Shown: piece by piece, positions 18,545 through 28,048 of the stretch | Position numbering within the stretch: position 1 is the first letter of the stretch | Layout: every line of letters starts with the position of its first letter | Assembly: GCA_049968255.1 (NCBI GenBank) | Contig: JBMFRB010000007.1 | Coordinates: 96,001 to 160,000 of the forward strand | Direction of reading: 5' to 3' | DNA from: Candidatus Sumerlaeaceae bacterium | GTDB lineage: Bacteria > Sumerlaeota > Sumerlaeia > Sumerlaeales > Sumerlaeaceae | Length of the DNA: 64,000 nt | Position numbers and translations under genes: made by a program | Notes under the pieces: model-generated | The model's database searches: none | Seen by the model: only the letters and a program-made list of their open reading frames with translations | What the model was told of the DNA's origin: nothing

Positions 18545-19648
18545 TTGATTAGAAAACACTTATCGAGCTTCAGTAAAATCTTCAGTTTAGCGCTCTCTGT
18601 GACCCTTTTCTTAGCAGGTTGCCTTAGACTGGAATCTCGGCAGTCTGAAGAGGTCATTCGTCTCGGCTTCTTTGCTAATGTGGCGCATGCGCCTGCAATT
18701 ATCGGTGTGGAACGGGGGGACTTCGAGAAAAGCTTTGCCCCTCTTGGGGTGAAGGTGCAGCCAGTGCTATTTTCGTCGGGGCCAGCGGTCATTGAAGCCA
18801 TTTACGCAAGCCGACTCGACATTGCCTACGTTGGCCCTGGCCCGGCAATCAATGGCTACGTGAGAAGCGGGGGAAGCGCAATCCGCGTTGTCAGTGGGTG
18901 TGCTGCCAACGGGGTGGCCGTTGTGACTCGAAAAGATAGCGAAATCAGGGGCTGGCCGGACCTCGCAGGGAAACGGGTGGCCATTCCTGCCATCGGTAAT
19001 ACTCAATTTTTTTCTGCCACGTATTTTCTCGATCGCCTCACCACAAACCCTGATGCGAAAGAGAAAACCGTACTGATGCCGGTACACCTTGGTGATGCAG
19101 CATTGCTTCTGAAAAAGCATCAAGTCGACGCAGCATGGCTGCCTGAACCCTGGCCCGCAAAGCTGGAGATCGAAGACGCAATGGCCATCGTTGGCGAAGA
19201 GCGTGAACTTTGGCCCGAAGGTAAATTTCCGTCAACTCTTTTAGTCGTTCGCCGCGAATTTGCGGCTAAGCATCCGGAGTGGGTGAAACGCTTTATCGGC
19301 ATTCACGAGACTCTTTGTGCGGAGTTGTCGTCCGAAACAAAGCATCTGGCTGGTGCGCTTGCCGACGGAATATACAAACTCAGCAAAACACGAATCAGCA
19401 AACACGTCGTGGCAAGAGCTCTCGATCGAATCACATTCACGACCGATCCACTTTCTCAACAAATTCATCGTTTTTATGAGATGGCAAGTGTGTCTGGGTT
19501 TTTGAGAAGAGCGCAACGTGTCGATCTCGATGGGATGTTTTTCGAGGAAGAGCTCAGATTTGGCCCTGCTACTCGGGGGTTTTCCGCGGCAAGTGCGGGA
19601 CGGCTTCCTTCCATTGCGTCCAGTGTTTCAGGAGGCGAATCGCAATGA
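18545..19648 (+). CDS. Aliphatic sulfonate-type ABC substrate-binding lipoprotein (SsuA-like)
   Basis: LAGC lipobox; RLGFFANVAHAPA, YVGPGPAING, GNTQ and WLPEPW. TTG start. Confidence 0.88.
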   Translation: MIRKHLSSFSKIFSLALSVTLFLAGCLRLESRQSEEVIRLGFFANVAHAPAIIGVERGDFEKSFAPLGVKVQPVLFSSGPAVIEAIYASRLDIAYVGPGPAINGYVRSGGSAIRVVSGCAANGVAVVTRKDSEIRGWPDLAGKRVAIPAIGNTQFFSATYFLDRLTTNPDAKEKTVLMPVHLGDAALLLKKHQVDAAWLPEPWPAKLEIEDAMAIVGEERELWPEGKFPSTLLVVRREFAAKHPEWVKRFIGIHETLCAELSSETKHLAGALADGIYKLSKTRISKHVVARALDRITFTTDPLSQQIHRFYEMASVSGFLRRAQRVDLDGMFFEEELRFGPATRGFSAASAGRLPSIASSVSGGESQ

Positions 19649-20433
19649 GAGCAAAATGGATCTCTGAAGAGAGCAGAAGATCTCTTGTGGCTCAGCTTGT
19701 TTTTGTTGGGCTTTTTTTGGCCGCTTGGCAAATTCTTGCGAGCACTCGAGTGCTTCCGGCCTATTTGTTTCCGCCTCCGTCTGCGGTGTTTCAGGCTTTT
19801 GCGGATATGCTTTCCGGGGGCATGCTTTGGCAGAGTGTGGGCCTTAGTGTCTATCGGATGCTTGTGGGCTATGGCATTTCTTTGGTTTTGGGCACCGTGA
19901 TCGGGGTCATGCTTGCGCGGTCGTGGGCGGCTAAGGCGACGCTGGGTTCCTTGGTTCTTGCTCTGCAGTCCCTGCCCAGTATTTGTTGGCTTCCTTTTGC
20001 TTCACTGTTTGTGGGCCTGGACGAACGTGCTATTGTGGTGGTGGTCATTTTAGGGGCGACGTTTTCCATTGCGGTCGCGACGGAAAATGCGATTCGAAAT
20101 GTGCCGCCCATTTACGTAAAAGTGGGGCAAGTTCTGGGAGCGAGAGGTCTTGTGTTTGCGCGCGATATCCTTTTTTTCGCTGCGCTGCCCGAGTGGCTTG
20201 GCGGAATGAAACTGGGCTGGTCGTTTGCGTGGCGCAGCTTGATGGCGGCGGAGCTCATTCGGCAGGATGCGCTTGGAGTCGGACGGCTGCTTGAGATAGG
20301 GCGAGCATTTAACGATGTGCCGATGATGCTGGCGGCGATCTTCGTGATTGTTCTCCTCGGCGTGGGAGTTGATCGCGGTGTCTTTGGGACGATCGAAACG
20401 AAGGTTCGGCGAGTCTATGGCCTTCAGAAATAA
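19645..20433 (+). CDS. Sulfonate-type ABC transporter permease (SsuC-like)
   Basis: FPPP, LQSLPSICWLP and WSFAWRSLMAAEL; ATGA overlap with the upstream gene. Confidence 0.9.
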   Translation: MRAKWISEESRRSLVAQLVFVGLFLAAWQILASTRVLPAYLFPPPSAVFQAFADMLSGGMLWQSVGLSVYRMLVGYGISLVLGTVIGVMLARSWAAKATLGSLVLALQSLPSICWLPFASLFVGLDERAIVVVVILGATFSIAVATENAIRNVPPIYVKVGQVLGARGLVFARDILFFAALPEWLGGMKLGWSFAWRSLMAAELIRQDALGVGRLLEIGRAFNDVPMMLAAIFVIVLLGVGVDRGVFGTIETKVRRVYGLQK

Positions 20434-20437
20434 AAAG

Positions 20438-22822
20438 CTAAGGGCAAAACCTAGACGTGGGTTGGTTCGAGAAGAATCTACCGAAGAGCCAGAACATCGC
20501 TGCACTCAGCGAGATCATAGTGACAAAAGCGCCTAAGCGAAGACTCGCCGGCTGATAAACGAAGCGAACAAGGTGCCGGCCCGAAGGGAGGGCCGCGGCA
20601 CGCATCCATCCATTTGCTCGCAGGAGCTCATGCGGCTTGCCCTCAGCCCAAACGTGCCACCCCGGGTAGGTGGCATCGGCGAGGGCGAGAAATGACGGTA
20701 AAGGCACATTGATCTCGACGCCGATATCGTTTCCGATGTCCCAGAGTACTTCAGCACTTCCGAGATTCCCTTTTGACTGAGTGAAGGGGAACTCGGCAAC
20801 TGGCTTGCCTTCTACGTAGATTTCATCACCTGACCATTCGCGATTGAGGGTGAGGGCCAACGATTGAATGGCGTCATGGACGCGAAGAGCCCGCTGCCAA
20901 ACTTGCGCACGCATGGTTTTTGGCGAGAGCTGGGCAAAGACCCACTGGTCTTCGCGGAGAACTATCGTCGCTGTCGGCGGCAAGAGGGCCAATGTATTCG
21001 TCGTAGCCAGAATCCAGCGTGTGCCCGCAGAGCGAAGATAGGTCCATTGGGCCTCTTTGGAAATCCGCGTGGGTGCTCCAGGTACGACGAAAGAGAGCTT
21101 TGTGGCAGCGCGTGCGTAGGAGAGCGGGAGGCGGGGCACGTGAACATTGATTACGGGATGGCCGGAACGCAGAAGCTCCGCCGGGGCACCCGGTGCGTCC
21201 GCAAAGAGCAAAATGCGCGAGGACGGATCTGAAGAAAGTTCTTTGAGGACCCCCTGAGCTTGGCTGAGCGCCGACAGAGTGCCGGAGTGCGTTGTGTGCA
21301 AGAGTAGAACGTGACTGGTTCGAAGATCGACAAGCACGAGGCCAAAGAGCGCTAAGAAGAACACCCGTAGCGGCAAGCCATGCGCCGCAGCACCGTAAAG
21401 AGCGGAGAGGAAAAGAAGAATGAGGCACTGACGCAGGAAGGGTTTTGCCCGCGAAGGTCTCGTGGCCTCCAGCTTTGGTGACTTCTGTAAAACGCTCGCT
21501 GCAACAGCTCCAGTCGATGCGCTGTTCGTGGAGGCCCACTGCTGTTGCAGGGGACTGTCGCTAAGACCCGGTTTCGCCAAGCTCCGTTGTTTAGTCAGAA
21601 GGCCTAATTGGAGTGCCGCAGCAATGATCACAGAGAGCACGGCAATCGCCAGCAGCCATCTGGCTTGGCGCGCAAGGTCTGATTTCGCGGAGCGTCGGAG
21701 ATTTTGCCACAGATCAGTGGCCACTGCGCGACAAAGCAAGAGCCCCACAAACGCGCTCGCGAGGCCCGTACCCAAAATTGCGGCCTGGCGCAGGGGCTCG
21801 CCATCGTGCAACCAGAATGCAGTTGCGCTCGCGAAGCAAATAAGTGCGGAGTGACCAACAATCGAGACCATGGTGCGAAAACGGATTTGTCGCCAGCGCG
21901 TCAGCCCAGCCGCCAGAAACATTGCCCAAACAAACGAGAAGTAGGGAACTAAAGTGACGCGATCGTTGGCAGTGGCCTCTGGCCAGAAAATGCCGAGGAG
22001 TGACAGACTTAATCGTGGGGGGGCAGAAGGAAGAACCTCCATTGAGTGGAAGCGGAACTCTAATCGTGGGAGCGCCGCAATAGCTCCAACGCCAAACAGA
22101 AGGAGGATAATTCCCAAGAACGCGAAAGGTCGCATCGAACGGGCGGCACTCACACGCGGAAAAGAACAAAAGTCGCTTGAGAGACTTGCTAAGCTCCAGG
22201 CTGCAAGCAGCGCAGTAACAAGGCCGCACCAACCGGCGACCAGAACAGTCCAAGACGCAAATATGACAAAGACACTTGTGCAGTGGATTTGGTGTTTTGC
22301 CTCGGAAGGCCTGAGATAGAGTGCCAACCAAGGCAGCGAGGCGGCAATCGTGGCAAGCGACACAAAACCGTTAGTGGAAAATGCGAGGAACAAAGGGCTC
22401 GCCGCGTAAATCAGAGCTCCGAGCAAAGCGAATGCCGACGGGAGCTGTTGCCCTTTGAGCCAACGCTGAACCCCCGCGCCCGCGATAATGAAATGGAGGG
22501 CAACAAGAAGCCACAGGCTCGCGCGAGGGGAAAGTCGGAAGACACTCGCGGCCAGAACAAAGGGATCTGCGAAAAGCGCGCCGCCCGGCGAAGCTGCCCA
22601 ATAGGGCAATCCTGTGGCCGGCAACGAAAACCACAAAGGGAGAGTCGCACCCCCACGCTCGGAAGCCCACCTCAAAATTGGAGAATGCCAGAGAGTCGTA
22701 AAGGAAAGAGGCCCGCCAGGCCACTCGTCTCCGGAGATCGCTGCCCCAAAAAAGAAGATGGCGAAGAGCGCGAAGAGGGCAAGAGGCGCTAAGCTGGTGG
22801 CGATGCGGTGTTTGCCCAACAT
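20438..22822 (-). CDS. YfhO-like polytopic membrane protein (putative GT-C glycosyltransferase)
   Basis: LPLW..GLPYWA N-terminal pattern and many TMs; C-terminal DATYPGW..RANGWMRA..GRHLVRFVYQP plus a final TM typical of YfhO. Confidence 0.7.
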   Translation of the reverse strand: MLGKHRIATSLAPLALFALFAIFFFGAAISGDEWPGGPLSFTTLWHSPILRWASERGGATLPLWFSLPATGLPYWAASPGGALFADPFVLAASVFRLSPRASLWLLVALHFIIAGAGVQRWLKGQQLPSAFALLGALIYAASPLFLAFSTNGFVSLATIAASLPWLALYLRPSEAKHQIHCTSVFVIFASWTVLVAGWCGLVTALLAAWSLASLSSDFCSFPRVSAARSMRPFAFLGIILLLFGVGAIAALPRLEFRFHSMEVLPSAPPRLSLSLLGIFWPEATANDRVTLVPYFSFVWAMFLAAGLTRWRQIRFRTMVSIVGHSALICFASATAFWLHDGEPLRQAAILGTGLASAFVGLLLCRAVATDLWQNLRRSAKSDLARQARWLLAIAVLSVIIAAALQLGLLTKQRSLAKPGLSDSPLQQQWASTNSASTGAVAASVLQKSPKLEATRPSRAKPFLRQCLILLFLSALYGAAAHGLPLRVFFLALFGLVLVDLRTSHVLLLHTTHSGTLSALSQAQGVLKELSSDPSSRILLFADAPGAPAELLRSGHPVINVHVPRLPLSYARAATKLSFVVPGAPTRISKEAQWTYLRSAGTRWILATTNTLALLPPTATIVLREDQWVFAQLSPKTMRAQVWQRALRVHDAIQSLALTLNREWSGDEIYVEGKPVAEFPFTQSKGNLGSAEVLWDIGNDIGVEINVPLPSFLALADATYPGWHVWAEGKPHELLRANGWMRAAALPSGRHLVRFVYQPASLRLGAFVTMISLSAAMFWLFGRFFSNQPTSRFCP

Positions 22823-22823
22823 T

Positions 22824-23453
22824 TCAGATTTCGTCTTCCTTCAAGCGCACAAGGTTCGCTTTGAGATCAACGACATCCATGAACTCGCCGAGCATTTCGA
22901 GGAGTCGGTGGATCGGCAAACCGACAACATTCCAATAGTCGCCTTCGATGGATGTGACGAACTTTTTGGCTCCGCCCTGGATGGCGTAGGCACCGGCCTT
23001 GTCCATTGGCTCACCAGAACGAACGTATTGCTCAATTTCGTCATCAGTAAGAGGTCGAAACGCCACAGTCGTTTCGACCGCGTCGAGGAGGACGGAGCTG
23101 GGAGTGGCTTTCACAGCGAGTCCGCTAATCACACTATGACAGCGGCCGCTGAGGGCCCTCAACATTGCCCGAGCATCTTCTGTGTCGCGAGGTTTGCCGA
23201 ATACCTGGCCGTTGAGCGCAACCACTGTGTCGCAGGCAATGAGAATGTGGTGCGGCCATTCGTGTGCGCGGGCCTGAATTTTTGAGTATGCTGCTTTCAA
23301 CGCGAGTTCCCGTGGCGTCGCGTAAGGGATGGCCTCCTCCTCAATGTTAGCCGGTGCAATCTCAATGCGAGCCCCGAGTTTTTCGAGAATGGCGCGACGG
23401 CGCGGGGATGCTGATACCAACACGAGAGGCCTATCATCAGTGTTGTAGTTCAC
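22824..23453 (-). CDS. maf: Maf-family nucleoside triphosphate pyrophosphatase (YhdE type)
   Basis: SASPRR, CDTVV, GKP, DKAGAYAIQG and NVVGLP. Confidence 0.93.
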   Translation of the reverse strand: MNYNTDDRPLVLVSASPRRRAILEKLGARIEIAPANIEEEAIPYATPRELALKAAYSKIQARAHEWPHHILIACDTVVALNGQVFGKPRDTEDARAMLRALSGRCHSVISGLAVKATPSSVLLDAVETTVAFRPLTDDEIEQYVRSGEPMDKAGAYAIQGGAKKFVTSIEGDYWNVVGLPIHRLLEMLGEFMDVVDLKANLVRLKEDEI

Positions 23454-24298
23454 GGTTCCCTGCCATTAGGAAAGAGAATGCGCTCTAGACTTCCTAATAC
23501 AACGCCGGCGATCAGGATGACGATAACAACCAATGGGAAGACAAAAAGAAGTGCAGCGACAGTTTTTTGGCGCGCCAAAACGGTGAGAACTGCAAAGAGA
23601 AAACCAGCGATCGAGGTCCCCGGACCACGGAGAGAGAGTCGGGCCGGGTAGGCTGTAAAACGGAGGGAGGCAAGGCTAGCACCGGCGAGTATGGTTGTGA
23701 ACGCGTGCAAGAAATGCTCCAACGTGCCGAGTGTGGTAACGAAGACAGCGACAGAGGCCACAAAGAGCAGAACTGACGCAGCGCCTTCCAAACCGTCGAG
23801 CAACTTCACGACGTTCATCGCAAACAGCATCCAAAGAATCGTGGCCGGCCATGCCCACGCACCAAGTGCGACTTCGGTTGTCGGGATCGGACTGAGAACG
23901 GTAAACCGCACGCCTGCGAGCGAGACGATCACACAGGCGAGGATCTCGCTCGCCGCCTGCACCGTCCAACGGGCCAACCATCCATGCGAAAGGAACGAGA
24001 TCCGGCCTAAGAAATAATTTGTAAATAAGATCATGGCACAAACAGCAACAGCACACAGAAGTTTGAAGGCATCTGAAACCGCGTAGAAGCGATCCTGAGG
24101 AGCCAAGATCCACGGCAGGAAAAGAGTCATCACAACGCCTCCCGCAAGCAAGCCGCCGAGAAGCGGCGCGGCGGCCAGTGGGGAATTTGTTGTGCCGGCG
24201 GACGGACGTGTGTTTCTGCGCCATGCCGTGTAGCCAGCAATCATGCCCCCGATGAAACTCGACAGTCCCAGAAGAGATGTGAGCGCGAGGCCAGTCAT
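23450..24298 (-). CDS. MraY/WecA (glycosyltransferase family 4 PNPT)-like membrane protein with degenerate catalytic motifs
   Basis: PLLGG, MNVVKLLDGLEG and YPAR..G..IAGF align to PNPT motifs, but the key Asp residues are absent. Confidence 0.7.
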   Translation of the reverse strand: MTGLALTSLLGLSSFIGGMIAGYTAWRRNTRPSAGTTNSPLAAAPLLGGLLAGGVVMTLFLPWILAPQDRFYAVSDAFKLLCAVAVCAMILFTNYFLGRISFLSHGWLARWTVQAASEILACVIVSLAGVRFTVLSPIPTTEVALGAWAWPATILWMLFAMNVVKLLDGLEGAASVLLFVASVAVFVTTLGTLEHFLHAFTTILAGASLASLRFTAYPARLSLRGPGTSIAGFLFAVLTVLARQKTVAALLFVFPLVVIVILIAGVVLGSLERILFPNGREP

Positions 24299-24301
24299 GA
24301 C

Positions 24302-25231
24302 TTAGCTTCTCCTCCGACCAAAATGCTCAGCAATCCAGGTGCGTGCAAACATTAGGCTACAACGTAGCGCGATGCCACAGAATGTCGCAACATCCACGAG
24401 CACAATCCCTCGGCTATAATGCTTGCGGTAGAAGCGCCACATACTGCGATGGCGCTGGTAGGTCATGGCATACGGGACGAGGCGTGTGGATTTGCCGATG
24501 TGGTGCAGGATTCTTGCGTCGGGGAGATAGACGACGCGCCATCCAGCCATTTTGATCCGATAACACCAGTCCACGTCTTCGGCGTACATGAAGAATTCTT
24601 CATCGAATCCGCCGACTGACTCGAACACTTCGCGCCGAATAACAAGTGCGGCACCGCTTACCCAATCCACGTCCATCGTCTTGTCGTGGCCGATATCGGT
24701 CATCAGATACTGGCTGGAGAAGCGGTTGCGAGGAAAGAGCTTAGTCATGAGCGAGTAGCGATGGAAAAGAGCTGTGCGGAAGCTCGGGAATCGGCGGCAG
24801 GAGTACTGAAGGGTTCCATCAGGATTGAGCAGTTTCGGACCGAGGGCACCCACATCCGGATGCGTGTCCATGAAATCGCTTATTTGCTGAAGCGCATCCC
24901 CAATGATTTCGGTATCGCTGTTGAGGACTAGAAAATAACGCCCGCGTGCTTGACGCATGCCGATATTGTTCGCGACGGCAAAGCCGCGGTTTTCCGGAAG
25001 GGCGATCAAGCGCACGCGTGGGAATTCGCTGGTGACCATTTCGGAACTTCCGTCCGTGGAGCCATTGTCAACAACAATGATTTCCACATCGTCGGCTGGT
25101 TGTGGCTGGTGCAGCGAACGCAAGCAAACACGCAGAACATCTTTTGTGTTGCGATTGACAATCACGACGGAGAGACGTGGCAGCTTGGCCTCCGGAGCAG
25201 CCACTCCCCTATGTTCGGTACGCTCCAGCAT
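24302..25231 (-). CDS. GT2 glycosyltransferase (WbbL/rhamnosyltransferase-like)
   Basis: VVDNGSTDGS, NRGFAVANN, LNSDT, DWVSGA and FDEEFFMYAEDVDWC. Confidence 0.92.
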   Translation of the reverse strand: MLERTEHRGVAAPEAKLPRLSVVIVNRNTKDVLRVCLRSLHQPQPADDVEIIVVDNGSTDGSSEMVTSEFPRVRLIALPENRGFAVANNIGMRQARGRYFLVLNSDTEIIGDALQQISDFMDTHPDVGALGPKLLNPDGTLQYSCRRFPSFRTALFHRYSLMTKLFPRNRFSSQYLMTDIGHDKTMDVDWVSGAALVIRREVFESVGGFDEEFFMYAEDVDWCYRIKMAGWRVVYLPDARILHHIGKSTRLVPYAMTYQRHRSMWRFYRKHYSRGIVLVDVATFCGIALRCSLMFARTWIAEHFGRRRS

Positions 25232-25248
25232 GAACGTTTCTCGGCCGG

Positions 25249-26490
25249 CTAATCTCCCAAGTTTCCTGCTGTTTCGGCCAGGGTCTTTTCGTAAGCCTCG
25301 GCCACTTTCGGAAAGGAAAAATGCTCAATGGCATAACGCCGCCCGCGCTCGCCCATTGCGTGACCTTCGTCGGGATGGGTTTTCAAATACGAGATATGGC
25401 GCGCCAGCTCGTGCGGATCTCGTGTGCGGCTGACGAGGCCACATCCTGCCTCGCTTAGTATCTCGTCAATCACACCGGCGACACCGGCGACGATGGGGCG
25501 GGCGCTGGACATGTACTCATAGATTTTTGATGGCACTGTGATGAGCGTAATGTCGTTTTTCATGTAGGTGACGATGAGTGCGTCGGAAGCAGCGAGAAGG
25601 GCGGGGACTTTTGAGCGGGGCTGATACGGAATGATGCGAACGTTGGTGAGGCCCCACTGTGCGATTTTTTCTTCCATCATAGGCTGAGCCACGCCTTTGC
25701 CGACGAAAAGGAAGAGAACCTCGGGATCGGTGTGGCGGACAATCCGTGCCGTTTCGAGAATCGTTTCAAGACCCATGAGCAGGCCGAAATTCCCAAGAAA
25801 AGAAACTACATAGCGGGCATCAAGACCGTATTCGCGACGTACAGTTTCGCGATCCACCTTTGATGAATCGTATATATCAGGGTCAACCCAATCCGGAAGG
25901 AGCCGAATCTTTTCGCGAGGCACACCTTTCGCTGCGATATTGTCAATGAATCCGCGCGTGACGACGCCGATGCGCCGTGATCGATCATAGACGCGCTTTT
26001 CTGCCCATTTGGAAAGGGCAATGAGAAGGGGATGGCGCAACATCCCGACAGCGATGGCGCAGTCGGGCCAAATGTCGCAGACATCGAACATGAGGGGCCA
26101 GCCTCGCAACAAACTGAGGCCTAGTCCGGCAATGCCGTTGGGCAACGGGCTGATTGCAACAAGAACGTCAAATGGTCCGCGGAGAAACAGTGCCTTGAGG
26201 AAGCCGAGGGTCATGAATGACGAGTAGGCAAGCATCCGGCGCATGAAGGTGTCGGGCTTATTTGAGCCGTAGGTCCACACTCGATAGAGCTTGGCTCCGC
26301 GAAAATTTTCGAACCGTGGTTGCTGGCGCGTCACTTCCCCGCTGCGCATCGTGGATGGATGGCTGGGAATGCCGGCGATCACCGTGACGTCGTGGCCGTG
26401 TTGCACAAGGTATTCGACTATTTCCACGGCTCGTGTGGAGGTCCCCACTGTCTCGGGATAGAAATGCTGATGCAAAACCAGGATTTTCAT
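25249..26490 (-). CDS. GT4 glycosyltransferase (WbuB-like)
   Basis: HQHFYPE, GHDVTVI, DIWPD, LGNFG and VPSKIYEYMS. Confidence 0.9.
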   Translation of the reverse strand: MKILVLHQHFYPETVGTSTRAVEIVEYLVQHGHDVTVIAGIPSHPSTMRSGEVTRQQPRFENFRGAKLYRVWTYGSNKPDTFMRRMLAYSSFMTLGFLKALFLRGPFDVLVAISPLPNGIAGLGLSLLRGWPLMFDVCDIWPDCAIAVGMLRHPLLIALSKWAEKRVYDRSRRIGVVTRGFIDNIAAKGVPREKIRLLPDWVDPDIYDSSKVDRETVRREYGLDARYVVSFLGNFGLLMGLETILETARIVRHTDPEVLFLFVGKGVAQPMMEEKIAQWGLTNVRIIPYQPRSKVPALLAASDALIVTYMKNDITLITVPSKIYEYMSSARPIVAGVAGVIDEILSEAGCGLVSRTRDPHELARHISYLKTHPDEGHAMGERGRRYAIEHFSFPKVAEAYEKTLAETAGNLGD

Positions 26491-26573
26491 TTTGTCTCTT
26501 CCCACATTCGCGGACTCGTAAGAAGAACGCAATGCTATGTCAATCTTGGGCATGTGGCTAGAAACTTGTGTGC

Positions 26574-27170
26574 TCAACCGGTTTTGACGCGAGCGCTGGT
26601 ACTGAGCGAAGCGCGCGAGATGCTACGGCGCAAGGATTCATCGAGATGAAGCGCGGTGAGGTCGCTAAGCGCAAACCACCGGACTTCACGATGTTCTTCC
26701 CTACGTCCTAGCGGAACCTGATTGGCTGATGCGATAAAAAGATAACGGACATCGTAGTGATAATGAGCTGGGACGTCTCCATGGGGGGGGATGAGATGGA
26801 TATCGAGATCGAGTGGTACAGGGGGCTGCGGGTGAGGTACCAGCTCCGTAAGTCCGCTTTCTTCGTGTGTTTCGCGAAGCGCCACCTCGAACGGGTCTTT
26901 TTCCCCTTCGTCGCCATGTCCGCCAAATTGGAGCCACGCTCCTAATTTGCGGTGGAAGCCTAGGCACACGAATCGCCTGCAGGGCGAGACCACCAGGCCG
27001 CTCGCGGTGAAATGGGCGGGATAGGCATGGCGATCAAAAGGATCGGCAAGTTGTTCCGCGAGCGCGAGCATCGCATCTCGAATTTGTTCGTCGCGAGCAT
27101 CGTGTGGTTGAAAGCACGCCAGTGCTCGTCGGAGTGCATGGTGATTTGCGTCCTCACGCGGTGAGCACAT
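26574..27170 (-). CDS. NUDIX hydrolase
   Basis: HFTASG, HRKLGAWLQFGGH, Nudix box ALRETHEESGL and HYHYDVRY. Start placed at the ATG overlapping the end of map (uncertain). Confidence 0.88.
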   Translation of the reverse strand: MCSPREDANHHALRRALACFQPHDARDEQIRDAMLALAEQLADPFDRHAYPAHFTASGLVVSPCRRFVCLGFHRKLGAWLQFGGHGDEGEKDPFEVALRETHEESGLTELVPHPQPPVPLDLDIHLIPPHGDVPAHYHYDVRYLFIASANQVPLGRREEHREVRWFALSDLTALHLDESLRRSISRASLSTSARVKTG

Positions 27171-27912
27171 CGGGGCCGTCATCGGTGACTGCAACAGTGT
27201 GTTCAAAATGTGCGGAGAGCGACCCGTCGGCTGTGACGACAGTCCAGTCGTCATCGAGCACGCGCGTTTTCCAAGTGCCTGCGTTGACCATCGGTTCGAT
27301 GGCGAAGACCATGCCAGGGCGTAACCGCAAGCCGGTGTTTGGCGTGCCAAAGTTGAGTACTTGGGGGGGTTCGTGCATGGCGCGTCCAATACCGTGACCG
27401 GTGTACTCGCGCACGATGCTGAACCCCGCTTCCTCGACGACTTTCTGAATTGCGGCCGACAGTGTGCCCAGGCGATTATCAGGGCGCATCTCGCGGATTC
27501 CGGCTCCGAGTGCCGCTTTCGTCACCTCGATGAGACGGCGTGCGAGATCACTCACTTGGCCAACGGGATAGGTGTAAGCAGAGTCCGCATAGAATCCGCC
27601 CAGGATGAGGCCGCAGTCTACGGCGACGATGTCGCCTTCGCGTAGGACTCGTGCACGGGGAATGCCGTGGACAATCTCTTCATTGACCGATGTGCAAAGA
27701 GTCGCGGGATAGCCTTCATAACCGAGAAACGCAGGAATGGCTCCTGCGTCCTCGATAAGCTTGCGCGCAAGAGTGTCGAGCTCGGCTGTGGTAATGCCGG
27801 GTTGTATGTGCCTTTCCAGCTCAACAAACACAGCACGCAAAAGTTTACCGGCTTTGCGCATCTTTTCGATTTCAGCAGGCGATTTTATTTCTATCCGAGA
27901 TTTGGCATGCAT
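27154..27912 (-). CDS. map: Methionine aminopeptidase type I
   Basis: SVNEEIVHGIP, DSAYT, GHGIG..MHEPP, AIEPM and SAHFEHTV. Confidence 0.97.
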   Translation of the reverse strand: MHAKSRIEIKSPAEIEKMRKAGKLLRAVFVELERHIQPGITTAELDTLARKLIEDAGAIPAFLGYEGYPATLCTSVNEEIVHGIPRARVLREGDIVAVDCGLILGGFYADSAYTYPVGQVSDLARRLIEVTKAALGAGIREMRPDNRLGTLSAAIQKVVEEAGFSIVREYTGHGIGRAMHEPPQVLNFGTPNTGLRLRPGMVFAIEPMVNAGTWKTRVLDDDWTVVTADGSLSAHFEHTVAVTDDGPDVLTA

Positions 27913-27971
27913 GAAGATCTCACCCGGAACCGCACATTCTCATCAGGCCGATTTTGCGGCCGTCGTCCAAT

Positions 27972-28020
27972 AAAGACAAAACGGCTCGCTGAAGTGTTGG
28001 GGTTCAACGAGCCGCTTTTG
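27972..28020 (-). terminator. Intrinsic terminator after secY
   Basis: Minus-strand stem CGGCTCGTTGAA / TTCAGCGAGCCG followed by TTTTGTCTTT. Confidence 0.75.
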
Positions 28021-28048
28021 AGCAATCACGTCAAAATCCAAGCACATC

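Noticed and set aside
27171-27389. N-terminal extension of the NUDIX ORF
   Set aside because: It lies within map in another frame.
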